From Balanoglossus misakiensis (taxonomy: Eukaryota > Animalia > Hemichordata), in contig CM082576.2 of the NCBI GenBank assembly GCA_040954595.2, positions 3,632,760 to 3,696,759 on the forward strand: DNA of 64,000 bases. Direction: 5' to 3'. Shown here piece after piece: positions 26,789 to 40,888 of this stretch. The notes under the pieces were generated by a model. The model saw only the letters and a program-made list of their open reading frames with translations, did no database searches and was not told the DNA's origin. A program made the position numbers and the translations under genes. Numbering within the stretch: position 1 is the stretch's first letter; the number at the start of each line of letters is the position of its first letter.

Positions 26789-29554
26789 ATGGAGGTGAGT
26801 TCAAACTTTTCAGTCTGTTCTTTTAGCTGCAACATGTACTTCAAAAGTGATCAAACGTTGATTTGAAGTGTTGTCAACTCAGAAAAAGGGCAATACATTG
26901 CATAAAATTTGTGTGAATGTGATTTTCTAGTTGTATCTTCAGTGCGGCTCGGATTCACCACCAGACTTGGTGTATCTCCGCATGTGGTTACGTGGCACCG
27001 ATCAGCTGTTTATGTACACAACATGTACATATTGTATCTGGTTGCGTGGTCACGTCGGATGGGGCCGTGACGTACGAGAGATAGAGGGAGAAAGACTCTG
27101 TAGTATGTCCATGTTTGCGCAACGGATGCATTGTATTTTATTTTTACCAAAACAAATACACGTTCTGTGTAGTATTTTTGCGTCTTGTGTGGCAGCATAG
27201 TGTCATCTCCAGAATCATATTTGGGGCCGAGACTTGGAAGATCTACCAGAACCACCTGTGTAAATAGTACATCTTTAAGTTGTGATTGACACAAATAATA
27301 TTGGAATGTTACAACTTGTACCATTAATTAAAGGAAATGTGAAACATGAGTCGTGATTGGCTAATAATAATGCCACACCCACAACATACCTCCAAATCAC
27401 TCTTTAAATAACGACACTCTCTTTTCTTTTTCTTTTTTAACCCCTGTATTCTGTGCTATTTCTTTCTGTGTATTTCTGCTGGTTTCAGTCTTCAGACCAA
27501 AATAAATGGATTCAAATCGGGAATCGCTGGATGCCCAGGGCAGCAGTTAAGAATGGAGACTCAATGGTACACATCATAGAAAGCTGCACTAATTCAGTAA
27601 CATCATTTATAAGTGTTCACCGCAGCATAAATATTATGGATGCTAAATCTTATTAAAAAGCTGCACCATCCTGTAAAACTGACTACATATATCATGCTGT
27701 GTATCATTATAGAGCAAGGTTTCTGACATCTGTTCTGGATTTATTATTATTTCCACATACACTAGATCATGATCCTGTTATCTGGTAGTCTGAACATTGC
27801 AGCATATGTTACTATGTGTATGCTGTTTACTGTTTACAATACTGTTGTACTCATCCCATCAGTAGGGTGTTATATATAGATGTGTTGATTGGTGTTAAGA
27901 GTGTTTCACAGGTGTTTTAGATGGTTACTTTCACTAGATTATTCATCTACCATTGTTTACAGCATTGGTCTAGTTCTGGGGACTGCAGTAGTGTGGGTGT
28001 TTGACCCTTTGCATACTTGGAATTTAAGTAGCACATGCCATTTAAAAGTTGTGTGAACTGAAGTGGCAACCAATTTTTTTCTTTCAGATTTTTTATGTTT
28101 TGATCTCATTTGACATGCATACAACATTGCTTACCAATATCATGAACAATTTTTTTTTCAGTAGATATAATTGGGGATGTATGCGTAGACTGCATTTAAA
28201 AAAATGTCATGTGTGGCTAATGGTTAGAGGTGAGAACAACATTCACCTTTCATAGAAATCACTGATGATGATTGTCATGTTCTTTTTCTGCCCTGTAGAA
28301 TGGACCGTTGGATGAAACACCACTGTACCGGCCAGGTCTTCTGAAGGAGATTGACTTCAGTAAGGCAAAAGTCAAATTCAAGCCTGCTGTATCACCTAGC
28401 AACCCAGGAGAGAATCTGGTCATGAGGCCACTGTGTGCAGCTGATTATGACAAAGGTAATTTTGATAGTGACTATAGTCATTTATAGAAAGGTTAGAGAT
28501 AGCAAGGAAGAATTTTATGACCAGTGCTAGTGGGCATGACAAGCGACTTTTTTCTACTTTCAGGTTTCATGGAAGTATTGAAGCAACTGACATTAGTTGG
28601 TGATATGCCAAAAGAGAGATTTTTAGGTAAGAAACCGTTTTGACTCAATGGTCAGTGTTTTTGACGAATTTCATAGCAAGGTAACAAAATTTATATTTGT
28701 CCAAGAAATACTAGAAACCAGCATGAAATTGGTGAGTTCTGCTGCTGCTGATAAATTCAGGCTGCAATCTTCTTGACAGCCCATGCACGACAACATCTCA
28801 ATTGGTTTATGTTGTTATCAACTTGCAGATACTGATAGAAAAAGTTCCTCTTTTTACACTTCATTTACAGACAGGTATAATCAAATGAAGTCCTGTCCAA
28901 ATACATATTATGTCACTGTCATAGAAGATGTCTCAAAAGGGAAAATTGTTGCCACAGGGACAGTGGTTTTAGAGCAAAAATTTATAAGGGGATGTGCACA
29001 GGTATGTAGTTCATAGTCTCTATAATTGTCCAGTTATCTGCACACTGGATTTTCACTTTTTTTATATCAAACTTATGCAGACATGTTAGAAATAAAATTG
29101 TTATACATTGTAAATTGATATTTAAATTATTGTGTGTTTATTCTATGATTCACCCACTCAAGTTTTTTTCATCTTTCAGAGGTCAAGGCTTGAGGATCTG
29201 GTTGTAGATGATGAATACAGAGGACTACAGCTAGGCAAATTGTAAGTCTGAATTGTTTGTCGCAGTTCGTTTCTCTGCTGGAAAATTGGTTTTGTGTGTA
29301 ACATGTTGGTAATTTGTCAGTGCACTCATTGGAAGGCTAATGTAGCAAAGTTTTAAACCAGGCTTCACATGACTGACAAATGTTTCTCCTTTCTTCCCAG
29401 AATGTTCCAAACTTTGCTAACCCTCAGTGAACACCTCGGAGTCTACAAATGCTCACTTGAGTGCCTTCAGGAAAACATCGGCTTCTATGAAAAATTTGGC
29501 TTCAAGGTGGACCCACAAAGCTTTATGCAGTACAGGATTAAAGACATAGCTTGA
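26789..29554 (+). CDS. GNPNAT1: Glucosamine-6-phosphate N-acetyltransferase (GNAT family)
   Basis: Exons: 26789-26794 (ATGGAG|gtgagt), possible 27489-27566, 28299-28455, 28564-28626, 28871-29001, 29180-29241, 29401-29554. DETPLY, SPSNPGENLVMRPLC, YYVTVIED, EQKFIRGC, EDLVVDDEYRGLQLGK, YKCSLEC, FYEKFGF. The 6-nt first coding exon is less certain than the rest. Confidence 0.92.
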
Positions 29555-30328
29555 TTTCAACAGGATGTCCTTCCAGAAATAGGTGTGTTCCCCCTGGGAC
29601 AGAAGTTGATCAGGTGTATCACTCACTCTTCAGATTGGATGCAATATGTGGCTTATACACAAACAAAAAAATTTGTGCCCATGCTAAATTTTATAACTTG
29701 TTCTTTTCTTTTATATTTTTGTGTCATTGCTTTTTAACTGGTATGCTTACGTAAACATTCACAAAACTGTCCTAGCTTATAATTCATTGCAAAAGAAAAC
29801 CTGTTCCAGTATTTACAAGGGTGTTCATATACTTTCCTTGACTTCTATGGTTCAAATCGGGTGACATCTCTGCAATGATGACTTTCATAAAATATATTTT
29901 TGATGAAAATTATTTAAATATGAGTATTAATTAAATTAAGGATTTGTTACCCTCTTGCTGCCCATGTTGGTTACAAGAAGTAACCCTGGTCTAGTGTAGC
30001 ATATTCATGTTGACAGCCTGGAATACATCCTACTGGTCACATTGGAAAACTGAATCTTCATTCCGATATACAACTTTTGTAAATATTTCATGTTTCTTCT
30101 ATTGCAAGCAAGCTTAATGCTACATATCTGATTGCATCTTTTGATGGACAAGCTATTATGTGCAATCACTCCAGGTTTATACCAACATAATCTTTTATGA
30201 AATATGAAGTGATTTCAGACAATAAAAAGTTTACAATATCAAGTGTGTCAGAATTATTTGTGTCAGTTGGTCTTAACAAATCTGTCATGACCAACAGGAA
30301 AAGCAAAGTTACATACTGGTATGTAAAT

Positions 30329-31438
30329 TTACTTCTTCTTGTGCTTGGCCTTGGGATTTCTTTCATAAAGTTCATATGCAAATTCTTCCTTGTGAACTGG
30401 ATCAAAGTCCGCAGTAATATGATCAATTTCCAGCGCAAAATCGCCATCAATGCCATCAGCCATGGTTAAAGCAATGGCGTTCACTCTCTCCAAGTCTGCA
30501 TAGGCTTGTCTGTCTTGTATTCGACCTTTGTGCGACAGGAAAAACTTAGAAAATGGTATCTGAAATGCAAAAAAAGAGGGACATGAAAACTATTTTAGGT
30601 CTAAACTTGCAGGTTTCTGTGTTACATATTGGTATATGCTTAAGTAAAAATGAGAATTACCAAGTTAGTGTTAATATAAGTGCCACGTCTGCAAAATAGA
30701 CTTTCTTAGTAGACAGTAAATATGAACTTACTGTGACATCTTGCCAGTATGGGCCACCTCTGGTGAAGAGGAAGTAATTCCACATGTCATCTTTGTTGTT
30801 GCTGAAGTAACTCTCTGTGAGGAGATTGATCATGTAGGACCTGCCATCACCTCTCACTCTCATCTTCAGAACATTGAAGGGTGAAAGGTCATGCTGCACT
30901 TTCCTGTTGAACGATTTCTGAAAATGGAAACAAAAAATAATTAATGCATGTTGCACACAAGCTTTTCTACAAGAAATTCAAGCAGACACTGTCAGCAATG
31001 AAATTAAAACCTCAAATGTATACTTACATACAGCTGTTTTGATTTCAGTGTGCAATACCCACTGTACTCGCTTGCGCCGTCTCGGGGCACCTCTGTAACT
31101 AAAGTTCCGTGGAAGAGACCTTTATTGTTCTTGCTGAGCGTGAACTGCGCTGTGCTTTTGCCGCCAATGTCCTGGTCAGTTGCCACAAGATGCGACTCTA
31201 AACTTTCCAAATCCGTGAACTCCCACAGTGTCTTTGATCGGTGTGTGATGATACTGAGGTTGGGTGACCTCACCTTTTCTGTCATCTCCTGTGCTAGAAG
31301 TCCAATGTTATGACCAAGATCACCGATGAAAGACATGTGACAACAAGGAATCACTGTTGACTTTACTCCCACTTTCAGTAAATGTCTCCTCAAATGAAAG
31401 CGAGTCATTGAAACCCTCAGAAATCTTGCAGGAAACAT
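30329..31438 (-). CDS. NDUFAF1: Complex I intermediate-associated protein 30 (CIA30), 3 coding exons
   Basis: Exons (minus): 31438-31028, 30917-30732, 30559-30329. [75 protein letters not shown]. Confidence 0.93.
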
Positions 31439-32177
31439 TTCTTACGCCTTGAAACCTGTTTCAGTTCAGTCAAACTTGTGATAGCTCTCTAAGTGTAAAC
31501 TCAGCAAGATTTGCCAAAGTTATTCTAGGCAGAATCTGTCAATAGGACAAAATAGTACCTGAAAAATAAAAATAAAACTTGGCTGTTAGAGGGCGCTCTG
31601 TAGGTGATCCTAGCACATTTCATAAGGCTTTAGTCTTAGAATCTTGTCGGCCGGTTCGGGAATGCTGTTGACACTGCACTATTGAATCTGGCGCTGTATA
31701 AAAGTATACTGAAAAGAAAACAGATAAATAGCAAATGTGAACATGTAAAAGTGTTACCTTCTCCAGTAGTTGACGCAAGTTCACACAGCATGAGCTGTAT
31801 CCCGTCATGCATTTCAACAAGGCACCCTAACCAACAACTTGGTCTGCCAGCTAGCTGCAACTTCTACAACCACGGATCCATAAATCAGTCCATATATCTA
31901 TTTAACCCGAAAATAGTGCTTTAAATATCATTCGGATAAATTCACACGGTTTTTATGTTCATATTTGAACTCATCCTTTCTGTAAAGTGGTATGCGCAGA
32001 CGTTCTGGTAAAATATTAACGAGTTAGGCGGTATGAGGCAAAAGGTCACAGTTGATCCAGTTTCGTCATTTCAGACTGGACAGTGTCGAATGTTGTTGTG
32101 CTGGTAGCGGTTGCCGGTGATCACCGGTTTGTAATCATTGAGACTAAGAAGCACAGAGCGGCTCAAGATCATCAAAT

Positions 32178-34245
32178 ATGGGCTCAAGGTCATCCATTCT
32201 TTTACGAGATGAAGAAATTGACGAGATAAGAAAAGAAACTGGTTGTAAGCAAAATGTTATTCACTTCCGCTAAACTACAATGAAACAATATTTTTCAGCG
32301 ACAGTGGTTGAAACACAGCACTGCTATCATCGCCGGGTACAATTGTTGGATATGACACTATCTGAAAAGTAGAATAAGTAATTTCACTCTATGTTTACAT
32401 ATTTTCAGTGTTCTGTCTTGCGAGAAAAACTGCTGCGTGACAGCTCGGCCTCTGTGTGAATGTCACACAAGACGCAATTCCTGGCGTAGTCAAAACATGT
32501 TAAAGGGACATTTAAGTTAGTCAGAACATATTTATTAAAGGGACATTTAAGTGTTAATCTATGCTACAGTGATTGATTCAACCAAAGTCGAGGGACTGTG
32601 ATTCAATCAAGAAACTGCAGTAGATACACAAAACAATAAACATCACACACAGCCTTTCCAGACAGAGCTAGCACATGATCGCAGTGTAGAGTGATTGTGT
32701 ACTGTGCTCATATTCTAAGGTGCCATTTCTGTCTTCTTAGCCACTCCAACACCTGAATCAGAATGATAAGCTTGTGAAGTGACCGTTTCTGAAATCATAG
32801 GGCGCATTGGTACATGATTAACTTGAGTGTGAAAGTGGTGATGTGTGTTTGAGGGATGTTTGTGGGCATATGGTGTTGCACTTCTGCAGACCTTATTCTC
32901 GTCATGCGAGTAAAAAGTGGAACATATGGCCTGGCTTTGCATAAGTTATATTATTTCACATACTCTGACCATAAGGAAACATCCTGATAAAAGTGATGAA
33001 ATAATTGGTATTTTTCACATTTTCTGCCTTTTAACAGTTTCTCACAACCAGATCATAAGACTTTATCATCGCTTCAACAGACTTGACAAAGGAAATAATG
33101 GTATGCTGAGGTAAGTTGTAATTTTCTTCCTGTCTATCCAAGCATCCTCACTCAGTGATATAAATTTGGCAGTTGGGACATGATATACAGAAAAAATTAT
33201 TTGAAAACTGTAATACCATGTGTATCAAATCACATCACCTTGATAAGATAGATCTTATTTTCTTTTAGCCGTGAAGACTTCCTTAGAATCCCTGAACTTG
33301 CCATCAATCCCTTGGGAGATCGAATCATCCATGCTTTCTTTGGTGTAAGTCGAGATCAAACGCTCAACTTCAAACAGTTTGTGAAAGTCTTAGCAACATT
33401 CAGACCTGTCCAAGACGGAAGTGACAATAGGCTGAACAGCAGAGAGGAAAAACTGAAATGTAGGTATATACTACTGTACCCAACAAAAATGTGTGTTTTG
33501 TAATGTACAAAATGGATGGAATATTGAAAATTATCCTATCATTCCTGGTCTGCCATGTCAGATATTTATCATGCAAAATCATACCATTCTGAACTAACAT
33601 CAACATATGTCTCAAAGATGTAAAAAACACAACCCAAGGTCACTGACAAGGGTTGAATTTACCTTGGCCAGTATGCATGGACACCTAAAAATACAGTGGT
33701 TTCTGGCTAGTTTCCAAGTTCCCAATGTGCCATAGATTTAACGTCAATGTGCTGGTCTCATGTGTGTAAGATTGTAAACTTTGTTGGATGGAATGGCATT
33801 GGAATTGGTATGACCGACTAGTCCTGTATTTTATGGAACATAACACCACATCACATCAGTGTTTTTCTGTCTGCCATACAGTTGCTTTCAAGATGTATGA
33901 CGTTGACGGTAATGACAAGATATCACGTGATGAACTCCTGCTGGTCTTGCAAATGATGGTCGGTGCTAACATCTCTGAGGAGCAGCTTGGTTGTATTGCA
34001 GACAGGACCATACAAGAAGCTGACAGTGACAACGATGGACTCATCTCATTCGTAGAATTCTGTGGTGTAAGTGCTGTCCTGTGTTCAGAAATTGAAAAAT
34101 TATCAAAATTTGCTGACAAGTTTTTTCTCTGCATGTATTTTGTATTTATTTATTTATTTGATTGTAATTTTTTCTAAAACTTTAATTTCAGGCCATGGAA
34201 AGGACTGATGTTGAACAGAAAATGAGTATTCGTTTCCTCCACTGA
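32178..34245 (+). CDS. CHP1: Calcineurin B homologous protein (EF-hand, N-myristoylation motif), 5 exons
   Basis: Exons: 32178-32244, 33038-33110, 33269-33459, 33882-34066, 34192-34245. MGSRSSILLRDEEI, ETGFSHNQI, REDFLRIPELAINPLGDRII, FAFKMYDVDGNDKISRDEL, DVEQKMSIRFLH*. Confidence 0.96.
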
Positions 34246-35776
34246 AGATCAGCTGATCTCGATCCCGGGCTTGTGAATGAGCCAATCTGAGATTCTTATT
34301 TACATATAACACATAAAAGCAAGGGTTGATTTTGTACACAGCAGGTGTTGATTTGCATATATTTGATGAATATGCACTGAGAAGTATTTAATTTTTTTTT
34401 TAAATCCTAGGGTAGGGTGAAGTTGTTTTCAATTACTGGTATTGCCGATGTGCTTGTGTATTCCACAGCCTAGTCACGGATATTATTTTTCTTTGCTAAT
34501 AATTGAAAATTTCTGATATATCAGAGTTTATGTGGTCTGTGGATATGGTATATTAGGGGGAGGGGGCAAGTTTAACAAATAATCACATGACAATATTGGC
34601 ACCGAGTTTCAACTCTTTACCTCTTTGGCAGTTGATGCAAGTCAGTAAACTGGTAGACCCATTCCTATTGTGTCAATTTGAATGGAATTTGCCAGCTTTC
34701 AAATAGAATGAAAAAGTTAAACTATTAGTAGCTCAGTACCAGTGATTCGATTAAAGTCAAGACCAACTGTACTGCCAAAGAAAATATATTTGTCTCAACA
34801 TATTTAACATAAGTTTTAAGGTCAAATGTAATATTGTATATATTACCATTTCTGTAGATCTGTCATTATAGGTCTTTATTTTCTCTTACCTGACAGAACA
34901 TATTGTATCATACAACCCATAAACAGAGAGTCAACTTGAATGAATTCTGATTGTTTTCATGAATGTTTGAGAAAAGTTTTGTCCAAGTCTATGACTACTT
35001 GTAATTACCAGATGCAACTGACAATAAATGGCCCTTTCTTCAAGTGTAGACTTAACAAAAACTTTTTTAAAAAAAAACCTGATGTACACTTATTCATGTA
35101 CTTTATAATTTACAGAAAGTGATACGTGTCTGAATTGTTTAAAGCAATGTTTATCAAACAAACTAAATTGGAAAACTCTATTTTACAAAGACATTTGGAG
35201 GATTGAGAGTGAGCTTATTACTGGTGCATACTGATGGCTAATAAAATAACAACAGGGAAAGTGTGACTGACTTCTTTGTATTTTTTGCTATCTTTTATGG
35301 TATTTCTTTGGTTGCTGGAAATCACTGACTTTAAATAAATATATCATAGACCAAGTTTTGTGAAAACATGTTTGTATTATTTGGCATTGCCATAGACTAT
35401 AGAAAAGAAGTCTATGATACTGCAAAGCTACATAAAACATTGAAATTTCCTGTTCAGAGTGAACTGTTGATGGCCAACCTTTATGGTAAATCAGTTGGAA
35501 AGCTGAAAAAAGATTTTAGTGTTGCTGGTACGGGTCTAAAGCTGGTTCCTAAAGTTGCAACTTTAGAAAGAAAGTGGCTGGATCTCTTCCAGTTGATCAT
35601 CAAGGACAAGGATTTCTATGCACTTGAGTTTTCCCCGAAATTAACCCTCCCCTCCCCATCGAGATCGACACATGATGATGACACTTCGCCCCTCCATTCA
35701 AATGGAACAGTCAACCAGCAGCGGAGCTCGTACTCATGTTATGATGACGTCATCAAAAGCGTTACTGTAAACGAAA

Positions 35777-38700
35777 ATGGCGGCGTCTTCTTGGTGTTTG
35801 AAACGCCAAGGAGAGCAAACCAAAGATCACGACGTTATCTCCCATATACCATTACCGACGAAGAAAGAGGTAAGACCGTGTACACACGGAAGGCAACGTG
35901 GGAGATCTGGATCAGAATTGTTGAATATTTACGCATAGTTTTTGTGTATGATGTGGTCCGTACTCACAACCGTGTCTATCGTTACACAGTTGTATCAGTG
36001 GAGCTTCGCATTGTTGCTTTGAGGACCTGTGATTAATGTATAAGGGTGCGCGTATTGTTTTTTGTATCAAAATTCAGCATGGCAAGCTCTGGATCAAGCA
36101 AAATGACTTCCTTTTCTTCATTGATTGACCAGGTAACAGTTGGTAGAGGTCTTGATGTCACAGTACAGTTACTTTCCTTGGTGATCTCCAGACTACATGC
36201 AACCTTCGTAGAATTACAGGATGATGTATGGGTTGTCAAAGATCATAAAGTAAGTTCTATAATAGGTAAAACAATACATTATGGAGTTTGGTTTCATAAT
36301 ATAGATGTGATTACACTTCAAGCACAGTCTAAGTACTTTGGGAAATTTACAAAACTTTGTTTTTCTAGGAAAAACAGCAGCTTTATGGCAATTCTTGCAA
36401 AATTACCACCGACAGTGGCATTATTGTGTTTTCCTATTTTAGAGTTTGAATGGAATCTATGTCAATGGAAAGAGGGTTAAAGTGTACAAACAGAGTGTGT
36501 TGAAAGAAGGGGATGTTATTCAGCTCGGAAAGGGACCGGATAACGAGACACCAGCAGAGTTTATCTTCAAGCTAGTCAAAGAAGAACACACAGAACAAGA
36601 AGTGAGCGCAGTTTTCAACAGAGAGAAACTGAACAAGCAACCTAAAGAAAGCAGTGGTGTGAAACGGACACACAGTGAGGCAAACAATCATTCTTGTGTA
36701 ACAGAGAGCAGGGGTGGAAATGATAAGCCATCGTCGGACTCTGTGGGGGTTAAAAGTGTGTCTAAAGCAAAGAGAGTAAAACTGGGGGACAGTCAGGAAC
36801 CGGGGCCCTCGGGAGAAGAACGGAAGAGCACGGAAGGAAGTCCAAGAAAAAAGCTGCCGCAAAGGCCGGACCTCTCGGTGAAGCAGCTGGAAGAGATGAA
36901 AGAGAAACTGAAGCAGCAAGAGCGGTTGGCGGAAGAGCGGGTCCAGCAGGCCAACCAGCAGCTGGAGGACATGCAGCTTGTGCTAGCTGCCAACGAGTGC
37001 GCCAAGGAACAGTTGGAGGAGAGGCTGAAGCTGCGAGAGCAGGAAATGTACCGGGCACTGGAGTTGCAGAAGGGGAGTCTGCAGGCGGAGAAGGAGCTCC
37101 TGCAGAGGCAGATGAAGGAGTTCATGGAGAAGCAGCTGAGAGAGAAGGAGGAGAAGATGCTGCTGGAACTGAGAGAGCAGAAGGAATCGCTGATGGAAGA
37201 GAAGAGGAAAGTCGAGGAGAGTCTGCAGAAGGAACTGCAGAGCAAGCTGGAAGAGAAAGATAGGACTCTACAGGATCGCTTGGAGAAGGAAAAGGACAAG
37301 CTTGAGGAAGTGATCTGTCGGAAAGAGCTTGAATATTCAGCTTTAGAAAGTCAGGTTTGTGTGTAGTCTGGTTCTTCTCATTTGAAGTGATTGTGAACAT
37401 GCCTATCAGTACTCGAGTCCTCATGGTGGACTATGAACTGATTTGTAAATAATTAGTTGGCTTGAGACCATGAGAAAGCTGTGTGGGAATTTCATGTGTC
37501 CAAATCACTCATCACACTTCCTGGGAACACTTTCTGCCTCACACTGATGTTTTCCTGTACACTTTTCTATTTCAGTTGAAAGAAAGCAAGATTCACCAAG
37601 AAAGGCAGACAGTGGTGATCCAGAAAGCTAAAGAGGAAGCAATACAGAATGTAGCTGAAGTTATGGAAGATGAATTGCAGTGCAGTCTCTGTTATGAGCT
37701 CTTTGTGCAGGTGAATAATTGCATTGCATGGCATGCCTTGGGTTGGGTTGGGTTGGGTTGGGTTGTAAACAAAAAAAGCAGAACACAGATGTGTTTGTCA
37801 TGTGGCTTCACACAAAAAGAATAGTCATCACATTGTGATGGAGGACAGGAGGTGATTTCAGCTGAACACTGGTCAGTTTTAACCATTTTGGCAATATGTG
37901 TTTAAAACTCTAACTGTCACTTCACAGATTTAATAGAGAGGCGCTAGGCAACATATTTTGAATGTTTACCAAGAAATAGCTTCAACAAAGCAAGTAATTT
38001 TCTTTCTTTTTGACAATTTGAAGGCCACAACTCTGAACTGTTCTCACTCCTTCTGCTACTGGTGTGTGACTGAGTGGGCGGAGACAAAGAAGCACGACTC
38101 CTGCCCAATTTGCAGGATGAAGATAACCAGCAAGAACAGATCCATTGTACTGGACAGCTACATTGACAAAATGGTGGAGAACCTCAGCGATGAACTCAAG
38201 AAGATCAGAACAGAACTCGTGGCAGAAAGGAAAAGTAAGTTGGATGTTTCATGAACTGACAATGCTCGATTATTGCATCGTGAAGATGACTGTCAACTGA
38301 TGTATTTATAAAATGATCATGACAATGTGCATTTTCCTCAGAGAAATCACGTGGCATTTTTGATGTAAACTCATTTTAAACTTTAGTACATAGCAAAAGA
38401 CATGACTAGATGCCTCAGTCAAAGGATGAACAAAGTGTCTTAATTCAAATGTCTCTTGTCTCTGTCTTCAGGATTACTGGAAGGGAGGAGTGGTGGAAAG
38501 AAAAGGGGAAGAGCTGACCAAGGAAATAACGCCGGAGGGCCTGGTACATCGGGTGTGGCTAGTGCTGGCCCTGCAGCTAGGACACGTTCACATGTACAGT
38601 CTAACGTAATTGTGATCGAGGATGACAATGATGACGATGAGAATGATTCTTCTCCCATTGATATTTCCAGTACCTATGACTCCGATGAGAACAGTGATAA

Positions 38701-39128
38701 TGAAGACTCATCCATGGACGGCATTGAGGGTGGATTCTATGCTGGATACGGTGCATGCTTTTATTGTGGTAAGATCAAAATTCTTCCAGGTCTTTTGAAA
38801 TGCAGTGTTCTCGGGTGTTATTGTGGTGTTTTAAACGACTAATTACTTGCCGAGAAAGTAAATATTGTGATTATGTGCTGCACAATTTTGCATTCCTCAG
38901 TATTTCAAAGAAGATACATAGGTTTAATTAACCCTTGGTCCAACCACGATGGTGTGGTCCAACTCATTTGTTTTCAATTGCAATGCTGGGCCTTTTTACA
39001 GAGAAATGGGGTTGAAAGTGTTAATAAGTTAAAACATATTTACTTTGTGTCACTTCACAGGAAGGACAGGTCATTGGGCAAATGGATGTCCCTACAGGTA
39101 TGGAAGGTTTGCTGGAGGGCGTTGGTGA
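35777..39128 (+). CDS. RNF8: E3 ubiquitin ligase RNF8 (FHA, coiled coil, RING-HC) with C-terminal CCHC zinc knuckle, 7 exons
   Basis: Exons: 35777-35869, 36133-36249, 36443-37354, 37576-37710, 38024-38234, 38472-38768, 39061-39128. FHA (VTVGRG, ISRLHA, SLNGIYVNG), E/K/Q-rich coil, RING ELQCSLCYELFVQATTLNCSHSFCYWC...CPICR, SIVLDSYIDKMV. Confidence 0.93.
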
Positions 39129-40016
39129 GCGCGAATCACTGGCAACTCGCATATGCACATCGTGACATAGATACTGGTATGGACCCAAGAAAAGTGACAG
39201 CATGCTTATGTGTGGGAACCAGAAAAAATCCTTCCCATTTCTGGCGAATGAAACTTTCTGATCAACTGCAGATGGGGAAAAAATGAAGCGAGAAAGCTTT
39301 ACCCAAAATACCAGCAAAGCAGCGTGTTGGTTTTGGAAAGAGTAAACTGTGACTGCCCCATGACTCAGTTCATGTTTGAAATGTATTCAGTCTTCTCTGT
39401 ATTGCATGGTTATTGGTACATGTACTCTTATGCTTATACAGAAAAACAAGAATGATTGCTATGAACTACTCGGTGGTTCCTTTATAAACTTTGGTGCAAC
39501 ATTTTCATGAGTTCTGAGCCGGAATATTTGTGGCACAGATATTTAATTTATAGTAAATAATGCCAATTTTCTTCTTTGCTTACCTTTCCAAAATGAATTA
39601 AATAGAGGTAAGAGTTATTTAATGTGCATGTACATACTATTACAACTTATGTAATTTTAGTCAGTTTAGACCATACAAATCCTTACATTAAGCCTTATTA
39701 CATAAAAGGTTACAGTGGTGATTCTGGAAGAATTTCTTTCAAAAAGACCCTGTGATGAAAAAGTGGAAGAGTGTCTTGAAGTATTTCAATCCAGTCATTT
39801 CAACTTAGCCTTACCAATAACAGACTGTGAAATGGACTTTGCAGAGGGTCAACATTAATGTAATAAACATTCATTTCATGGGTGATAAACCATGAACTTG
39901 GATTGCGAATTGTAAGACTTGTTTGATGTCATTAAAAAATGGCAAATTTTGCTGTACAGACATAAACACATAGCAATTAGACCATATCTCCAAAATTGTC
40001 AAATGTGTGTATATTA

Positions 40017-40041
40017 TGTGTGTGTGTGTGTGTGTGTGTGT
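40017..40041. repeat. (TG)n microsatellite
   Basis: Read directly; between the RNF8 and ABCC stop codons. Confidence 0.9.
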
Positions 40042-40888
40042 ACTGTATGTATGTTATGTATGTGTTTGTACAATGTATATGCAACTGTCTGTTGGTGGAC
40101 TTCCCCTTTCCCACTTGCTTGCTGCCCAATGAGTATGCACTATGTCATGGTGAAGGTCACAAGAGAAGAACAGACCATGCCAGCATTGTTCTAACTGGAT
40201 AGAACACATCTCAGTGTAAGTAATGACATTGAGCATTTCAAAATAAAACAGCACAACAGAAGCATAGTACATGAACCACAAAAAGCCACTTATTTTATTG
40301 CAAGTGGACAACCCTTTACATACGGTAAGTAAAACAAATATGTATATCAGTAACAGCGGTGGTAGGGCTTGTAATAATGTACATGTACTGATCACACCTG
40401 TAGAGTTGGCGAAATTATACAGATTCTAACACTACATGTACACACCTTGAAAAAATAATACAACTAGAATACTGATTGAAATGCTTTTGAATAGCACACA
40501 AGCTGACCTGCTTCAGGGAACAAAATTTACAACCAAGTACTAGATGGAGATACAAAATATGAAGCAATATATAAACTTTAGAAAACTGAAATAAGATAGG
40601 AAAATTCATAAATGTACAGAGGTATAATTGACATGGCAGTTTCTAGCCTAAAATGTCGGAAAATTGAAATACTGGTAATTTGAAATGGGAAAATCTGACT
40701 TTTCTCTTTAGTACCGGTAGTTTTGACACTTACACAAGTGAACAAGAATATCAGATAGTACTAATCACAGATGATATTGAGTTGCACTGATCTTGCTCTG
40801 AAAAGTGATCACCTGGATTCTAACCAGGTGCTTAAACAGATATATGACACACACTGGGTCAGTGGTATATTTCGCTTGATGTCCTGTC

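Noticed and set aside
32500-32552. Direct repeat TTAAAGGGACATTTAAGT in CHP1 intron 1
   Set aside because: Could be a transposon footprint, but it is too short and I found no matching inverted end.
35368-36036. 222-aa ORF upstream of RNF8
   Set aside because: No recognisable domain; it runs through the RNF8 promoter and overlaps RNF8 exon 1 in another frame, so it is probably a chance ORF.
36572-37424. Several overlapping antisense and alternative-frame ORFs
   Set aside because: Shadows of the low-complexity RNF8 coiled-coil exon.
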